Shown: one piece after another, positions 19,831 through 29,134 of the stretch
Layout of the letters: every line of letters starts with the position of its first letter
Numbering within the stretch: the stretch's first letter is position 1
Source of the DNA: Bacilli bacterium
GTDB taxonomy: Bacteria; Bacillota_I; Bacilli_A; RF39; UBA660
Length of the DNA: 64,000 nt
Direction: 5' to 3'
Assembly (NCBI GenBank): GCA_017511945.1
Contig: JAFWHR010000001.1
Coordinates: forward strand, 16,654-80,653
Translations under genes and position numbers: made by a program
Notes under the pieces: generated by a model
Told to the model about the DNA's origin: nothing
Seen by the model: only the letters and a program-made list of their open reading frames with translations
Databases searched by the model: none

Positions 19831-20199
19831 GTGATATTTTTGAATAGTGAATTTGCGAATGGAGGAAGTTTTCCTGGAAATCCTCTATATGTTGGCGGGC
19901 AAACTGTACCTAATCAACAAAATCAAATCAATTTTAATACGACATTTGAACAGTCATATATTGAAAACATTTTGAGATTAAATAAGGGGAAAAAAGTTGA
20001 AATATATGCTTCTTACCCTGATTCTTCTGAGTGGAGAAACATGGTTTTCAAAGGTATAATTGAACAGTCTGGAAGAGATCACATAATTTTAAGTGATCCT
20101 AATACCGGTGAGTGGTATTTAATTTTAATAATATATGTAAATTATGTTAAATTTGATGAAGCAATTGCTTACAGCCCAAGTTTTTATCCAAATAATTGA
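19831..20199 (+). CDS. gerQ: spore coat protein GerQ-like
   Basis: 122 aa. The C-terminal region (EQSYIENILRLNKGKKVEIYASYPDS...FKGIIEQSGRDHIILSDPNTGEWYL) matches the GerQ domain pattern. Confidence 0.55.
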   Translation: MIFLNSEFANGGSFPGNPLYVGGQTVPNQQNQINFNTTFEQSYIENILRLNKGKKVEIYASYPDSSEWRNMVFKGIIEQSGRDHIILSDPNTGEWYLILIIYVNYVKFDEAIAYSPSFYPNN

Positions 20200-20241
20200 T
20201 AAATACTTTAAATGTGTGCTATAATGTTTAAGGTGAATGAT

Positions 20242-20787
20242 ATGGGATTATTAATTATTGTATTTTTAATGTTTTTACTATTTTGTATGATATTTATTTT
20301 ATCTATTTCTATATACAATAAATTTCAAGTATATATAATTAGAATTAATGAAGCTGAGAACAATATAGACTCTGTTCTTCGAAAGAGGTTTGATCTACTT
20401 AACAAATCTATAGAAGTTATTAAAGCAAATACTAAAGTAGACGGGGATGTTTTAAAGAGTGTTGAAAACTTAAAATCTAAAAAATTATCCAATTTTGATT
20501 TGGACAGAAAACTTTATGACTGTCTTAAAGAATACAGTAAATATAAAGAGGAATATCCAAAGCTTAAGAATAATGAATCGTTTGTTAAAATTGATGTTGA
20601 ACTATCTGAATCTGAAGCGGAAATTGTCGCTTTTAGGAAGTATTACAATGATATAATTACTGATTATAACAAGATGGTTAAGTCTTTTCCTTCTAATTTG
20701 ACTGCTATTGTATTTGGATTTAAGAGTAAACTTTATTTTGACGGAAAAGATATGAGTGATGACGACATATACGATTTTAAATTATAA
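20242..20787 (+). CDS. lemA: LemA family membrane protein
   Basis: Start taken at the internal ATG (MGLLIIV), which is preceded by aaggtga. N-terminal TM helix followed by a LemA-like soluble domain. Confidence 0.7.
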   Translation: MGLLIIVFLMFLLFCMIFILSISIYNKFQVYIIRINEAENNIDSVLRKRFDLLNKSIEVIKANTKVDGDVLKSVENLKSKKLSNFDLDRKLYDCLKEYSKYKEEYPKLKNNESFVKIDVELSESEAEIVAFRKYYNDIITDYNKMVKSFPSNLTAIVFGFKSKLYFDGKDMSDDDIYDFKL

Positions 20788-20807
20788 GGACCTTTTGGTC
20801 TTTTTTT

Positions 20808-21623
20808 TTGTTTTATGCATATAATTTTTTGGGTGATAATATAGGTTTTAAAGTTGGAGATTTAGTCACTAGAAATTCTCATGGCAATGACATTATATTT
20901 AAAATAATAGAAATATCTAATGATACTTGTGAACTAAAGGGTGTTAATGTTCGGTTACTTGTAGATTGTAATATAAATGATCTTGCTAAGTATAACAACG
21001 AAGATATTGAACATGAGGAAAATTTTTTAAAAAGAATTGATGAACCTGTTGATTTAGATAGGGATGACTATTTTTACTTGCCGGGAAAGATACTTCATAT
21101 AGATAGTGATTCTGACTATTTATCTAGGTGTTTAGATTATTATGACAAGTCTAATGTTTGGTCTATGGGTATAAATGAGGAAGAGAAAAACGTTCCTGAA
21201 AATATTGTAAATTGGCTAAATAAGTATAAGCCTAATATTGTGGTTATTACAGGACACGATGCTTATTACAAGAGAAAAGGTGCGTTAAATGATATTAGTG
21301 CTTATAAAAATAGCAAATACTTTGTAGGTGCAATTAGTAAGGCTAGAGAGTATGAGACGAGTCATGAGAAGCTTGTAATAATTGCTGGAGGGTGCTCTTC
21401 TTGTTATGAAGAGTTAATTAAAGCTGGGGCTAATTTTGCATCTAGTCCTAAGAGGGTAAATATTCACGCTCTAGATCCAGCGGTAATTGCGGTAAAGATG
21501 AGTTTATCTGATATTAATAAAAATATAGATTTAAAAAGTATTCTTGATAAGACTAAATACGGTAAGGAGGGAATGGGTGGCATTATTACGAAAGGATGCA
21601 TGTATGTTGGATATCCAAGGTAG
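20808..21623 (+). CDS. yabG: sporulation-specific protease YabG
   Basis: 271 aa with strong similarity to B. subtilis YabG throughout (GDLVTRNSHGNDIIFKII, ITGHDAYYKRKG, AGGCSSCYEELIKAGANFASSPKRVNIHALDP). Confidence 0.85.
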   Translation: MFYAYNFLGDNIGFKVGDLVTRNSHGNDIIFKIIEISNDTCELKGVNVRLLVDCNINDLAKYNNEDIEHEENFLKRIDEPVDLDRDDYFYLPGKILHIDSDSDYLSRCLDYYDKSNVWSMGINEEEKNVPENIVNWLNKYKPNIVVITGHDAYYKRKGALNDISAYKNSKYFVGAISKAREYETSHEKLVIIAGGCSSCYEELIKAGANFASSPKRVNIHALDPAVIAVKMSLSDINKNIDLKSILDKTKYGKEGMGGIITKGCMYVGYPR

Positions 21624-21633
21624 AGCTAGTAGT

Positions 21634-21834
21634 ATGATGGTTAAAAAGGCTCTTTTACCTCTTATTGATAAAAAGGTTAAAATAAAGTACAATTTAGGAA
21701 GAAATAAATATGATGAATTTGATGGTACTATTATTAAAATATATAACTCTCTATTTTTAGTTAAAGATAATAATACTGTGAAATCTTTTTCTTTTGCTGA
21801 TGTAGTGACTAAAATTATAAAAATATATGTATAA
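21634..21834 (+). CDS. veg: Veg (biofilm/sporulation-associated small protein)
   Basis: Start chosen at MMVKK. The sequence (LLPLIDKKVKIKYNLGRNKYDEFDGTIIKIYNSLFLVKDNNTVKSFSFADV) matches Veg and sits in the conserved position between yabG and spoVG. The upstream extension in the ORF track overlaps yabG and is probably not translated. Confidence 0.6.
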   Translation: MMVKKALLPLIDKKVKIKYNLGRNKYDEFDGTIIKIYNSLFLVKDNNTVKSFSFADVVTKIIKIYV

Positions 21835-21903
21835 AACTGTTGCTTTTTGTCTTTAAATATTGTACAATATATTTGAAAAACATACTAGAAGGGAGAGGTT
21901 AGC

Positions 21904-22167
21904 TTGGAAATTACAAAAGTAAATGTCCGCAAGGTTGACAGCGCTAATGAGCACATGCGTGCTATTGCTTCAGTTACTATTGACGAGTGCTTTGTAGTTC
22001 ACGGCATTAGAGTTATCGAGGGTGATAAAGGGTTATTTACTGCTATGCCTAGTCGTAAGTCTAATGATGGAGAATACCATGATGTTGCTCACCCAATCAC
22101 ACCTGAATGTCGTAAGATGTTCGAAGATGCGATTATCGATGAGTATAATAAAATAAAAGATGAATAA
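21904..22167 (+). CDS. spoVG: septation/sporulation regulator SpoVG
   Basis: 87 aa with a TTG start preceded by gggagagg. Near-identical in pattern to SpoVG (VNVRKVDSANEHMRAIASVTIDECFVVHGIRVIEGDKGLFTAMPSRKSNDGEYHDVAHPI). Confidence 0.92.
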   Translation: MEITKVNVRKVDSANEHMRAIASVTIDECFVVHGIRVIEGDKGLFTAMPSRKSNDGEYHDVAHPITPECRKMFEDAIIDEYNKIKDE

Positions 22168-22206
22168 TTTTTCATCTTTTTTATATATTTAAACTAGGAG
22201 GATATT

Positions 22207-22497
22207 ATGGACAAGATTGATAGTGTTATTACATCACTCAATCACAGTATTACTATAAACGAAAGAAAAAATATCATTATTACTGGTGTTAAGAAAATAG
22301 ATAACTTTGATGAGGAAGAATTTTTTATGGAGACTAGTATGGGAAATTTATCTTTAAAAGGGGTTGGTCTAGAAATTATTAAATTAGATACTTATCAGGG
22401 GAATGTTTCAATTAAGGGAAAGGTCGACAGTATCAGTTATACAGATGATAGTGGAAAAGATTCTAATGGAGGATTATTTAACAAATTATTTAAATGA
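22207..22497 (+). CDS. yabP: sporulation protein YabP
   Basis: 96 aa. ITGVKKIDNFDEEEFFMETSMGNLSLKGVGLEIIKLD matches the YabP family. Confidence 0.75.
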   Translation: MDKIDSVITSLNHSITINERKNIIITGVKKIDNFDEEEFFMETSMGNLSLKGVGLEIIKLDTYQGNVSIKGKVDSISYTDDSGKDSNGGLFNKLFK

Positions 22498-22772
22498 GTT
22501 TAAAACTTCAGATTATCTCTTCCCTATTTTCTTTGGCATTTGGTTTTCTCTTTTCTACTTTTCTGTTTATTAATAAGAAGATTATTTATAATAAAAGTAA
22601 GTTTATAAGATTGTTTGGAAGTTTTTTAATTATTTTAGTTAGCTCTTTAGTTTATTTTATAATACTTAATAGTATTAATAATTCAATTTTTCACCCCTAC
22701 TTAATTTTGTTAATTACTATAGGGTTTTTCTTAGAAAATTATATACATATATTTGTAAAAAAAAATAAATAG
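22494..22772 (+). CDS. yabQ: spore cortex biosynthesis membrane protein YabQ
   Basis: 92-aa hydrophobic protein whose start overlaps the yabP stop, the conserved yabP-yabQ-divIC order. Confidence 0.55.
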   Translation: MSLKLQIISSLFSLAFGFLFSTFLFINKKIIYNKSKFIRLFGSFLIILVSSLVYFIILNSINNSIFHPYLILLITIGFFLENYIHIFVKKNK

Positions 22773-22804
22773 TGATATAATTTTTCTAAGGTAGGTGATA
22801 AAAC

Positions 22805-23227
22805 TTGGGTAAAAAAAGAAAAAAAATTCCTAAAAAAGCTAAAAGAAGGCTTATATTTTTAGGACCAATTGCTGTGTTTATTATCATCTATTGTGGTTTT
22901 ACTTTAGTTACTACATCTATCAATTTATACAATTTGCAAAGGGAAGAGAAAAAATTAAATGAAAAACTTAACAATTTGAAAACTGATGCTAAATCTTTAA
23001 AAAATGAAATTACTAAGCTTCAAGATAAGGAATACATCGCTAGATATGCTAGGGAAAATTATTTATACACAAAAGATGGTGAGTATGTAATTAAAATGGA
23101 TGATGATGGTAAAACTGTTAAAAAGGTTAAGGTTAATAATAAAGTTGATCACATGATATATATCTGCTCTGGGATCATACTATTTATTTTGCTATTTATT
23201 ATACTTAAACATAGAAAAAAACGCTAA
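22805..23227 (+). CDS. divIC: septum formation initiator DivIC/FtsB family
   Basis: 140 aa. Basic N-terminus, TM helix, then coiled coil (LQREEKKLNEKLNNLKTDAKSLKNEITKLQDKEYIARYARENY). Confidence 0.7.
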   Translation: MGKKRKKIPKKAKRRLIFLGPIAVFIIIYCGFTLVTTSINLYNLQREEKKLNEKLNNLKTDAKSLKNEITKLQDKEYIARYARENYLYTKDGEYVIKMDDDGKTVKKVKVNNKVDHMIYICSGIILFILLFIILKHRKKR

Positions 23228-23242
23228 TTTTTTAAGCGTTTT

Positions 23243-24499
23243 TTATTGATTTTGTTTTGGGTTAACTTGATTTATATACTTTGGATTATCTACTGGTTTT
23301 AATAATGGTTTTGCTGATTTCTGTTTTTTTTCTCTTTCATCAGCTTTTGTAATATTTTTCTTTGATTTCTTCTTACTTTTTAATAATATAATAATTACAA
23401 TGATAATTAATAATAATCCACCTATTCCTACTATAATTATATTTTGAATATTGTATATTTCAAATTCAAAATTTACATTGGAGTTTTGCATTTGCATCAA
23501 ATCCCATGTAAGCTTTTTTCCATTATTTTCTACATTTGTTGCATTAGATGATATTACTTTATATGGAAGGTTAACAACCATTTTTAAATCCATTCCATTA
23601 AGATTGTTCATATAGTTACTAGTTAAATCTGATGTAATATCTGTTTCTGAAACTTCCGTATCATTAATTGAAGCTGTTTGAATTATGGCATCATACTTTT
23701 CTTCACTATTATATAATTCATTAATAGCTGATTTTATTTCTTCATTCTTCTCCTGTGAATATCCATTGAATACTTTTTTACCAATAACTAAATATGGAAC
23801 ACTGTCCGTTTCTTCTCCTAACTGTTTAGAAACCTGTTTCATAAAGTTTCCATTTGCTTCATTTTCCCATACTTCATATGAAACTAAATTAAATTTATCT
23901 CCTAATTCTTTTATCAAACTGTTTGAAATATACTGCAATAATTCTTTACAGTGGCTACATCCATTTCCTCTAAATAAGTAAATATTTACTTTATTATTAT
24001 TTTCTTGATAATTTGATAGATCGTGCTGGATGCCTTCAGCAGTTAAGGTTTCTTCTAATGTTTCACTTACAGTAAGTTCTTCACTACTGTTAGAAGATGA
24101 ATTTTGTAAATCACTTATGTTTTGTTGCTTGGCATTATATGTATATTTGTTTTTGAGAAAGCCTTTTTTTATTTTAAATATTTTATCTTGATTTTTAGAT
24201 ATATCTATACTACTTGTTATATCTTTTGTAGTACTTATATCATCAATGTTATTTATTTTTTTAGATATCTTATATCCTTGATATTTATCGTCACTATAAT
24301 CTTCAATTTTAAATTTTTCTTTTTTTAATTCATCTAGATTTAAGCTATTAAATGTGTCTGTTGTTATTAATGATTTGTCGAAAGCCTCAATTACTTCTAA
24401 GTTCATGCTTTTATCTTTGCCTATTGACATTTTTACATCTAATTTAACACATCCTGTAAATAATAGTAGACAAAATAATAAATATTTTACTTTTTTCAT
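23243..24499 (-). CDS. thioredoxin-fold lipoprotein with additional C-terminal TM anchor
   Basis: 418 aa. Lipobox LLLFTGC, a CxxC motif (GNGCSHCKEL) in a thioredoxin-like segment, and a C-terminal hydrophobic helix plus Lys-rich tail. Immediately downstream of ftsX. Confidence 0.5.
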   Translation of the reverse strand: MKKVKYLLFCLLLFTGCVKLDVKMSIGKDKSMNLEVIEAFDKSLITTDTFNSLNLDELKKEKFKIEDYSDDKYQGYKISKKINNIDDISTTKDITSSIDISKNQDKIFKIKKGFLKNKYTYNAKQQNISDLQNSSSNSSEELTVSETLEETLTAEGIQHDLSNYQENNNKVNIYLFRGNGCSHCKELLQYISNSLIKELGDKFNLVSYEVWENEANGNFMKQVSKQLGEETDSVPYLVIGKKVFNGYSQEKNEEIKSAINELYNSEEKYDAIIQTASINDTEVSETDITSDLTSNYMNNLNGMDLKMVVNLPYKVISSNATNVENNGKKLTWDLMQMQNSNVNFEFEIYNIQNIIIVGIGGLLLIIIVIIILLKSKKKSKKNITKADEREKKQKSAKPLLKPVDNPKYINQVNPKQNQ

Positions 24500-24510
24500 A
24501 CTACACTCCT

Positions 24511-25410
24511 TTATATTTTTAAATGTTTTTTAACGGCTCTCCAAGAACCAAACATACCAACTAATATACCAATTGATAATAAAACTACCGATGTTGCATA
24601 TACAAATGGAACTGGTTTTATAAGTTTTATAAAATCTGAAAATAGGTGCCCACCGAAGTGATCATACAGTTTTTGGTATCCATATATTGTCAAAACGATT
24701 GGAATGATTGAACCTAATATTCCTAAGATTAAACCTTCTATTATAAACGGTATTCTAATATTTAGATTTGAAGCTCCAATAAGTCTCATAATACCTATCT
24801 CTCTTTGTCTTGATGAAATTGTTATTTTTATAGTATTTGATATTAGAAAGGCTGTTACTAATATTAAAGCAACTACTGCACCAATACATATCTTATGGAT
24901 AAATGAAAATGTTGAAATCAATCCTTCTATCATTCCTTCACCATATTTTACTAAGGTTATTCCATCTAGTTTTTTTATTTTATCAGCTGTATCATTTATT
25001 TTATTAATATCTTTTACTTTTACTTGGAATGTGTTTTGAATTGGATTTTCTGAACTATCCCAGTTTTTCATAATACTGTCAAACACTTCTGATGATTCCA
25101 TCATCTCTTTGGTTATCTTCTGTTTAGATTTATATTCATATTTTTCTACGTTACTCATTTTACTTATCTCTTTTTTTATTTCATCAATTTTTTTCTCTTC
25201 TAAATCATTGTCGATAAAGGCAACTATTGTAACGTCTTTTTCTACTAGTAATGTAAAGTTGTTTACGTTTTCAGATAATACCATAGAAACGGCTACTACT
25301 ATTAGAGTTATAGTTATACATGATATTGATGCGAATGAAAGTGAAAAATTTCTAAATACTCCTTTAAAGGCATCTCTAATATTTCTTCCAATTATTCTAA
25401 ATGTTTTCAT
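24511..25410 (-). CDS. ftsX: cell division ABC transporter permease FtsX
   Basis: 299 aa. Four TM helices with a large extracellular loop. Overlaps ftsE by 4 nt. Confidence 0.85.
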   Translation of the reverse strand: MKTFRIIGRNIRDAFKGVFRNFSLSFASISCITITLIVVAVSMVLSENVNNFTLLVEKDVTIVAFIDNDLEEKKIDEIKKEISKMSNVEKYEYKSKQKITKEMMESSEVFDSIMKNWDSSENPIQNTFQVKVKDINKINDTADKIKKLDGITLVKYGEGMIEGLISTFSFIHKICIGAVVALILVTAFLISNTIKITISSRQREIGIMRLIGASNLNIRIPFIIEGLILGILGSIIPIVLTIYGYQKLYDHFGGHLFSDFIKLIKPVPFVYATSVVLLSIGILVGMFGSWRAVKKHLKI

Positions 25411-26099
25411 CTATATGTTCCCCTTTCAAAGTCATTTAAGACTCTTCCAGAATCTAATTCTATAACTCTTTTATCCATCTCTTTTACTATGTCAATGTCG
25501 TGTGTAACCATTATTATAGTTGTTCCAAGTTTATTAATTTCATTTAGTACGGCCATTATCTCTTTACTTGTCTCTTTATCTAGATTTCCTGTTGGCTCAT
25601 CGCATATTAACAATTTTGGTCCATTTACAATTGCACGGGCGATTGCAACTCTCTGTTGCTGCCCTCCTGACAGTTGATCTGGATATGAGGTTATTTTATC
25701 TTTTAGTCCAACTAGATCTAGAGCTTTTACAACTTTGGCATGTATTTCATCTTTAGGAATACCAAATATCTCTAGTGCGAAGGCTACATTCTCAAATACG
25801 GTTGATTTTTCTAACAGTTTAAAGTCTTGAAATACGACTCCTATCTTTCTTCTAATTTTATACACTTTACCATTTCTAAGTTTTCCAACATCTATTCCGC
25901 CTACTAGTATTTGTCCAGCTGTAGGTTTTTCTTCTCTGTATAACATTTTGATAAGTGTACTCTTTCCACATCCTGTAGCTCCTATTATGAATACAAAGTC
26001 TCCTTTTGTTATTCTAAGGTTTAAATCTCTAATGGCTGTTACTCCTGTATTATAGGTCTTTTTTACATTTGTAAGTCTTATTAAATCCACATTCATCAC
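25407..26099 (-). CDS. ftsE: cell division ABC transporter ATP-binding protein FtsE
   Basis: 230 aa. Walker A (GATGCGKST), ABC signature (LSGGQQQRVAIARA), Walker B (LLICDEPTGNLD). Confidence 0.9.
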   Translation of the reverse strand: MMNVDLIRLTNVKKTYNTGVTAIRDLNLRITKGDFVFIIGATGCGKSTLIKMLYREEKPTAGQILVGGIDVGKLRNGKVYKIRRKIGVVFQDFKLLEKSTVFENVAFALEIFGIPKDEIHAKVVKALDLVGLKDKITSYPDQLSGGQQQRVAIARAIVNGPKLLICDEPTGNLDKETSKEIMAVLNEINKLGTTIIMVTHDIDIVKEMDKRVIELDSGRVLNDFERGTYR

Positions 26100-26105
26100 T
26101 TCTTT

Positions 26106-26984
26106 CTAATTACCCTGAATTTCATATGTGTCTATAGCTATCACGAAGGCTTCAGGGTCTATTTTTTTTATTCCTTCTGTCGCTATAAAGTACTCTCTAG
26201 TTGGTATTGCACATAATAGTACTTTTTTATTTTTATCGGTATATGCTCCTTTGGCATCTATTTGAGTTATACCGTGGTTTAAACTTTTAATTATATACTC
26301 TTTGATTTCTTTTTCTCTATCGGTTATTATTTGGAGAGTTTTGTATTCTGATATACCCATTATAACTCTATCGCTTACATATCCTGATACTATTAAGGTA
26401 ATTAAAGAATAAATTAGCGCTTCCCAGCCAAATACTATTCCTCCTAAAAACATTATCAATCCTTCTGAATATATATTGGCTTTTGAGTAAGACATTTTAC
26501 CATATTTTGAATATATCTGTTTTAATACATCTGTTCCGCCTGATGTGAAGTTATTTTTAAATATTAGTCCTGTTCCTATACCTGAAAGTATTGCCCCACA
26601 CATTGCGATTACAACTGTCTCGGTATTTCCTAAATCTATGTAGTTAGGCAAAAAATCTGTAAGTTTTACGAGTACTGGATATAGAATAGAACCTACTATC
26701 GTTCTTCTTGTTGCCTCTCTTCCAAGGAATGTGTAACTTAGAATTAAGAGTAATACATTTCCTACCATAATAATTATTGATGGGTCAATTTTGTATAGTT
26801 TTTCTGTCATTATAGATATTCCACTTACTCCAAAGATTAAATGACATGGTTTGATAAATAGATTAAAGGCTACTGCTGATAATAAAACTCCTATAAAAAA
26901 CATAAAACTTCTAGTTACTTTTTTACTTTCTTTTATTTCCTTTAGTATTTTAGTACTATCAAAATTATGTGTTTTTAATATCAA
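26106..26984 (-). CDS. YitT/DUF161 family membrane protein with DUF2179 C-terminal domain
   Basis: 292 aa. Five to six TM helices plus a soluble C-terminal domain. The pattern is typical of the YitT family. Confidence 0.55.
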   Translation of the reverse strand: MILKTHNFDSTKILKEIKESKKVTRSFMFFIGVLLSAVAFNLFIKPCHLIFGVSGISIMTEKLYKIDPSIIIMVGNVLLLILSYTFLGREATRRTIVGSILYPVLVKLTDFLPNYIDLGNTETVVIAMCGAILSGIGTGLIFKNNFTSGGTDVLKQIYSKYGKMSYSKANIYSEGLIMFLGGIVFGWEALIYSLITLIVSGYVSDRVIMGISEYKTLQIITDREKEIKEYIIKSLNHGITQIDAKGAYTDKNKKVLLCAIPTREYFIATEGIKKIDPEAFVIAIDTYEIQGN

Positions 26985-28064
26985 TTTGCGTTCCTCCTTA
27001 AATTTTCATATATAAATTCATCTATATCTCCATCTAACACTCTATTTACGTTTGTATTTTCTATATTGGTTCTGTGGTCTTTAACTAAGGAGTATGGATG
27101 CATAATATAACTTCTAATTTGTGAACCGAAGTTAATATCGTCCTCTGTACCTTTTAAATCTTTAATTTCTTTTTTCTTTGCTTTTTCTTCAATCTCGTAC
27201 AGTTTACTTTTAAGTATTTGCATCGCCTTATCTTTATTTTGAACTTGACTTCGCTCATTTTGGCATGTAACTACTATTCCAGTTTTTAGATGGGTAATTC
27301 TAACGGCACTGTCTGTTGTATTTACCGATTGTCCTCCGGCTCCTGATGAGTGGAATACATCTATTTTTAAGTCTTTGGGATTTATGTCTACTGTTACGTT
27401 ATCATCTATTACTGGGGTTATGCTTATAGATGCGAATGATGTGTGCCTTCTACTATTTGAATCGAATGGTGATAGTCTAACTAATCTATGTATTCCTTTT
27501 TCATTTTTAAGGTATCCATAGGCATTTATTCCTTTGATTATTATGGTCATGCTTTTTATTCCTGCTTCAAGTCCTGGTTGTGTATCTATGATTTCTTCTT
27601 TGAAGTTGTGTTTTAAAGTCCATCTCGAGTACATTCTATATAGCATATTTGCCCAGTCACATGCCTCCGTTCCTCCGGCTCCTGAATGTATTTCTAATAC
27701 AGCATCATTTTTATCATACTTTCCATTTAGTAAAACTTCTACTTCAAAACTACTTAATGATTTTTTTATATTTTCTATTTCTTTTTCTGCATATTCTTTC
27801 ATCTCTTCATCATCTAATGAATCTAAATAAAAATCTATTTCTTCTTTTAATTTTTGGGCTGTTTCCAATTTGTTTTTTATGTCATTATACTCATTTATAG
27901 TTTTTTCTGCTTTCTTTTTATCATTCCAAAATGTAGGTGTATTAATAGTTTTATCTAATTTCTTTAATTGTTTTTGCTTTTTTTCTGAGTCAAAGAGACC
28001 TCCATATTTTATCTGATTTTTCCTTTAGTTTTGTATAAATAGTTTTCAGTTCTTTAGTCTCCAC
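26981..28064 (-). CDS. prfB: peptide chain release factor 2 (requires programmed +1 ribosomal frameshift)
   Basis: ORF0 starts at GTG 28064 (RBS aggagag). It encodes ~24 aa and ends at CTT TGA C, preceded by an internal SD-like GGAGG (minus-strand ...ATGGAGGTCTCTTTGACTCAG...). A +1 shift joins it to the 295-aa ORF, which carries SPF and GGQ motifs ([21 protein letters not shown]). Confidence 0.88.
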
Positions 28065-28250
28065 TTTATATCACTCTCCTATGTTTATAATTATACCATT
28101 TTATCGGTTTTTTTACTATATTTTTGCGATAAAAAAAAGAACTTTCTCAATTCTCAAAGTAAATGCATCTAAAAAATTAAAGTTTTTTTACTATTAGAAA
28201 TTAAGAAAAAGAAGTTCTTAATTATTTTAATTTTTTTGTAATAGCAAAAT

Positions 28251-28859
28251 TTAATTATCTAATTCATTCGTCGTATATGTATTATACCCTTCATATAGAT
28301 AACTTGCATCTATTCCTTTCATATATACAGTTCTATCATCAACTCTATCGGTAAGTGCATTTTTGAGCAAAATATTTATTTCAGTGTCTTTTATAGGACT
28401 TCTTTCCATAGCTAGTAAATAATCATCCTTATCAATTTTACTCCAATCTACAACTTTGTTTATTTCTTTTTTCAATATCATATCGAGCCAAATTCTTGTA
28501 CTTCTACCATTTCCTTCTCTAAATGGATGTGCGACATTCATTTCAATGTATTTTTTTATAATATTATTAAAAGTGTCTTGAGGCATACTATTTATTATAT
28601 TTAATGTATCTTCTAAATACATTGCAGGAACGAATCTAAAATTCCCTTTAGCTAAATTAACATCTCTTATTTTTCCAGCAAAATAATAAATATCAGAAAA
28701 TAAATAACTATGAATATCAGATAAACCTTTAAAAGTACCAACTTCAAATTCATTTATTTTATTTGTATCAAATAATTCTAAAGCTTTCAATTTAGTTATT
28801 TTTTCTTCTTTTTTTGAAAGTTCAACTTCATTAGTAATTCCCAATTTGTTTTCAAGCAT
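28251..28859 (-). CDS. fic: Fic family protein, class III (C-terminal inhibitory helix)
   Basis: 202 aa. Canonical HPFREGNGRSTR motif and a C-terminal SYLYEG inhibitory motif ([ST]xxxE[GN]). Confidence 0.8.
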   Translation of the reverse strand: MLENKLGITNEVELSKKEEKITKLKALELFDTNKINEFEVGTFKGLSDIHSYLFSDIYYFAGKIRDVNLAKGNFRFVPAMYLEDTLNIINSMPQDTFNNIIKKYIEMNVAHPFREGNGRSTRIWLDMILKKEINKVVDWSKIDKDDYLLAMERSPIKDTEINILLKNALTDRVDDRTVYMKGIDASYLYEGYNTYTTNELDN

Positions 28860-28952
28860 TTATATCACCCCTAAACTATATATATTATATCATTAATAGG
28901 TCTTTTTCTCCACATTTATTAAATATAAAAAGATTAAATTATTATTTGTAAA

Positions 28953-28986
28953 TTGAAAAAGTCTAAAGTACCAAAAGCACTTTAGA
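28953..28986 (-). terminator. rho-independent terminator downstream of tRNA-Leu
   Basis: The minus strand reads tctaaagtgcttttggtactttaga followed by ttttt. Confidence 0.5.
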
Positions 28987-28997
28987 TGATATTCACA

Positions 28998-29087
28998 TGG
29001 TGCCTGTATTCGGACTTGAACCGAAACTTCCATCACTGGAAAATAGATTTTGAGTCTATCGTGTCTACCAATTTCACCATACAGGCA
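28998..29087 (-). tRNA. tRNA-Leu (anticodon CAA)
   Basis: The minus-strand sequence folds with a 7-bp acceptor stem (GCCTGTA/TACAGGC), D-arm, CAA anticodon loop (gactCAAaatc), long variable arm, T-arm GGTTCAAGTCC, and terminal CCA. Confidence 0.8.
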
Positions 29088-29134
29088 AGTACAAAAATAT
29101 TATATCATAATTATATTGATTTGTACCATTAAAA

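Noticed and set aside
26981-27868. N-terminally truncated RF2 (possible pseudogene)
   Set aside because: Resolved as the programmed +1 frameshift with intact ORF0 and the conserved CTT TGA C site. It is not a pseudogene.
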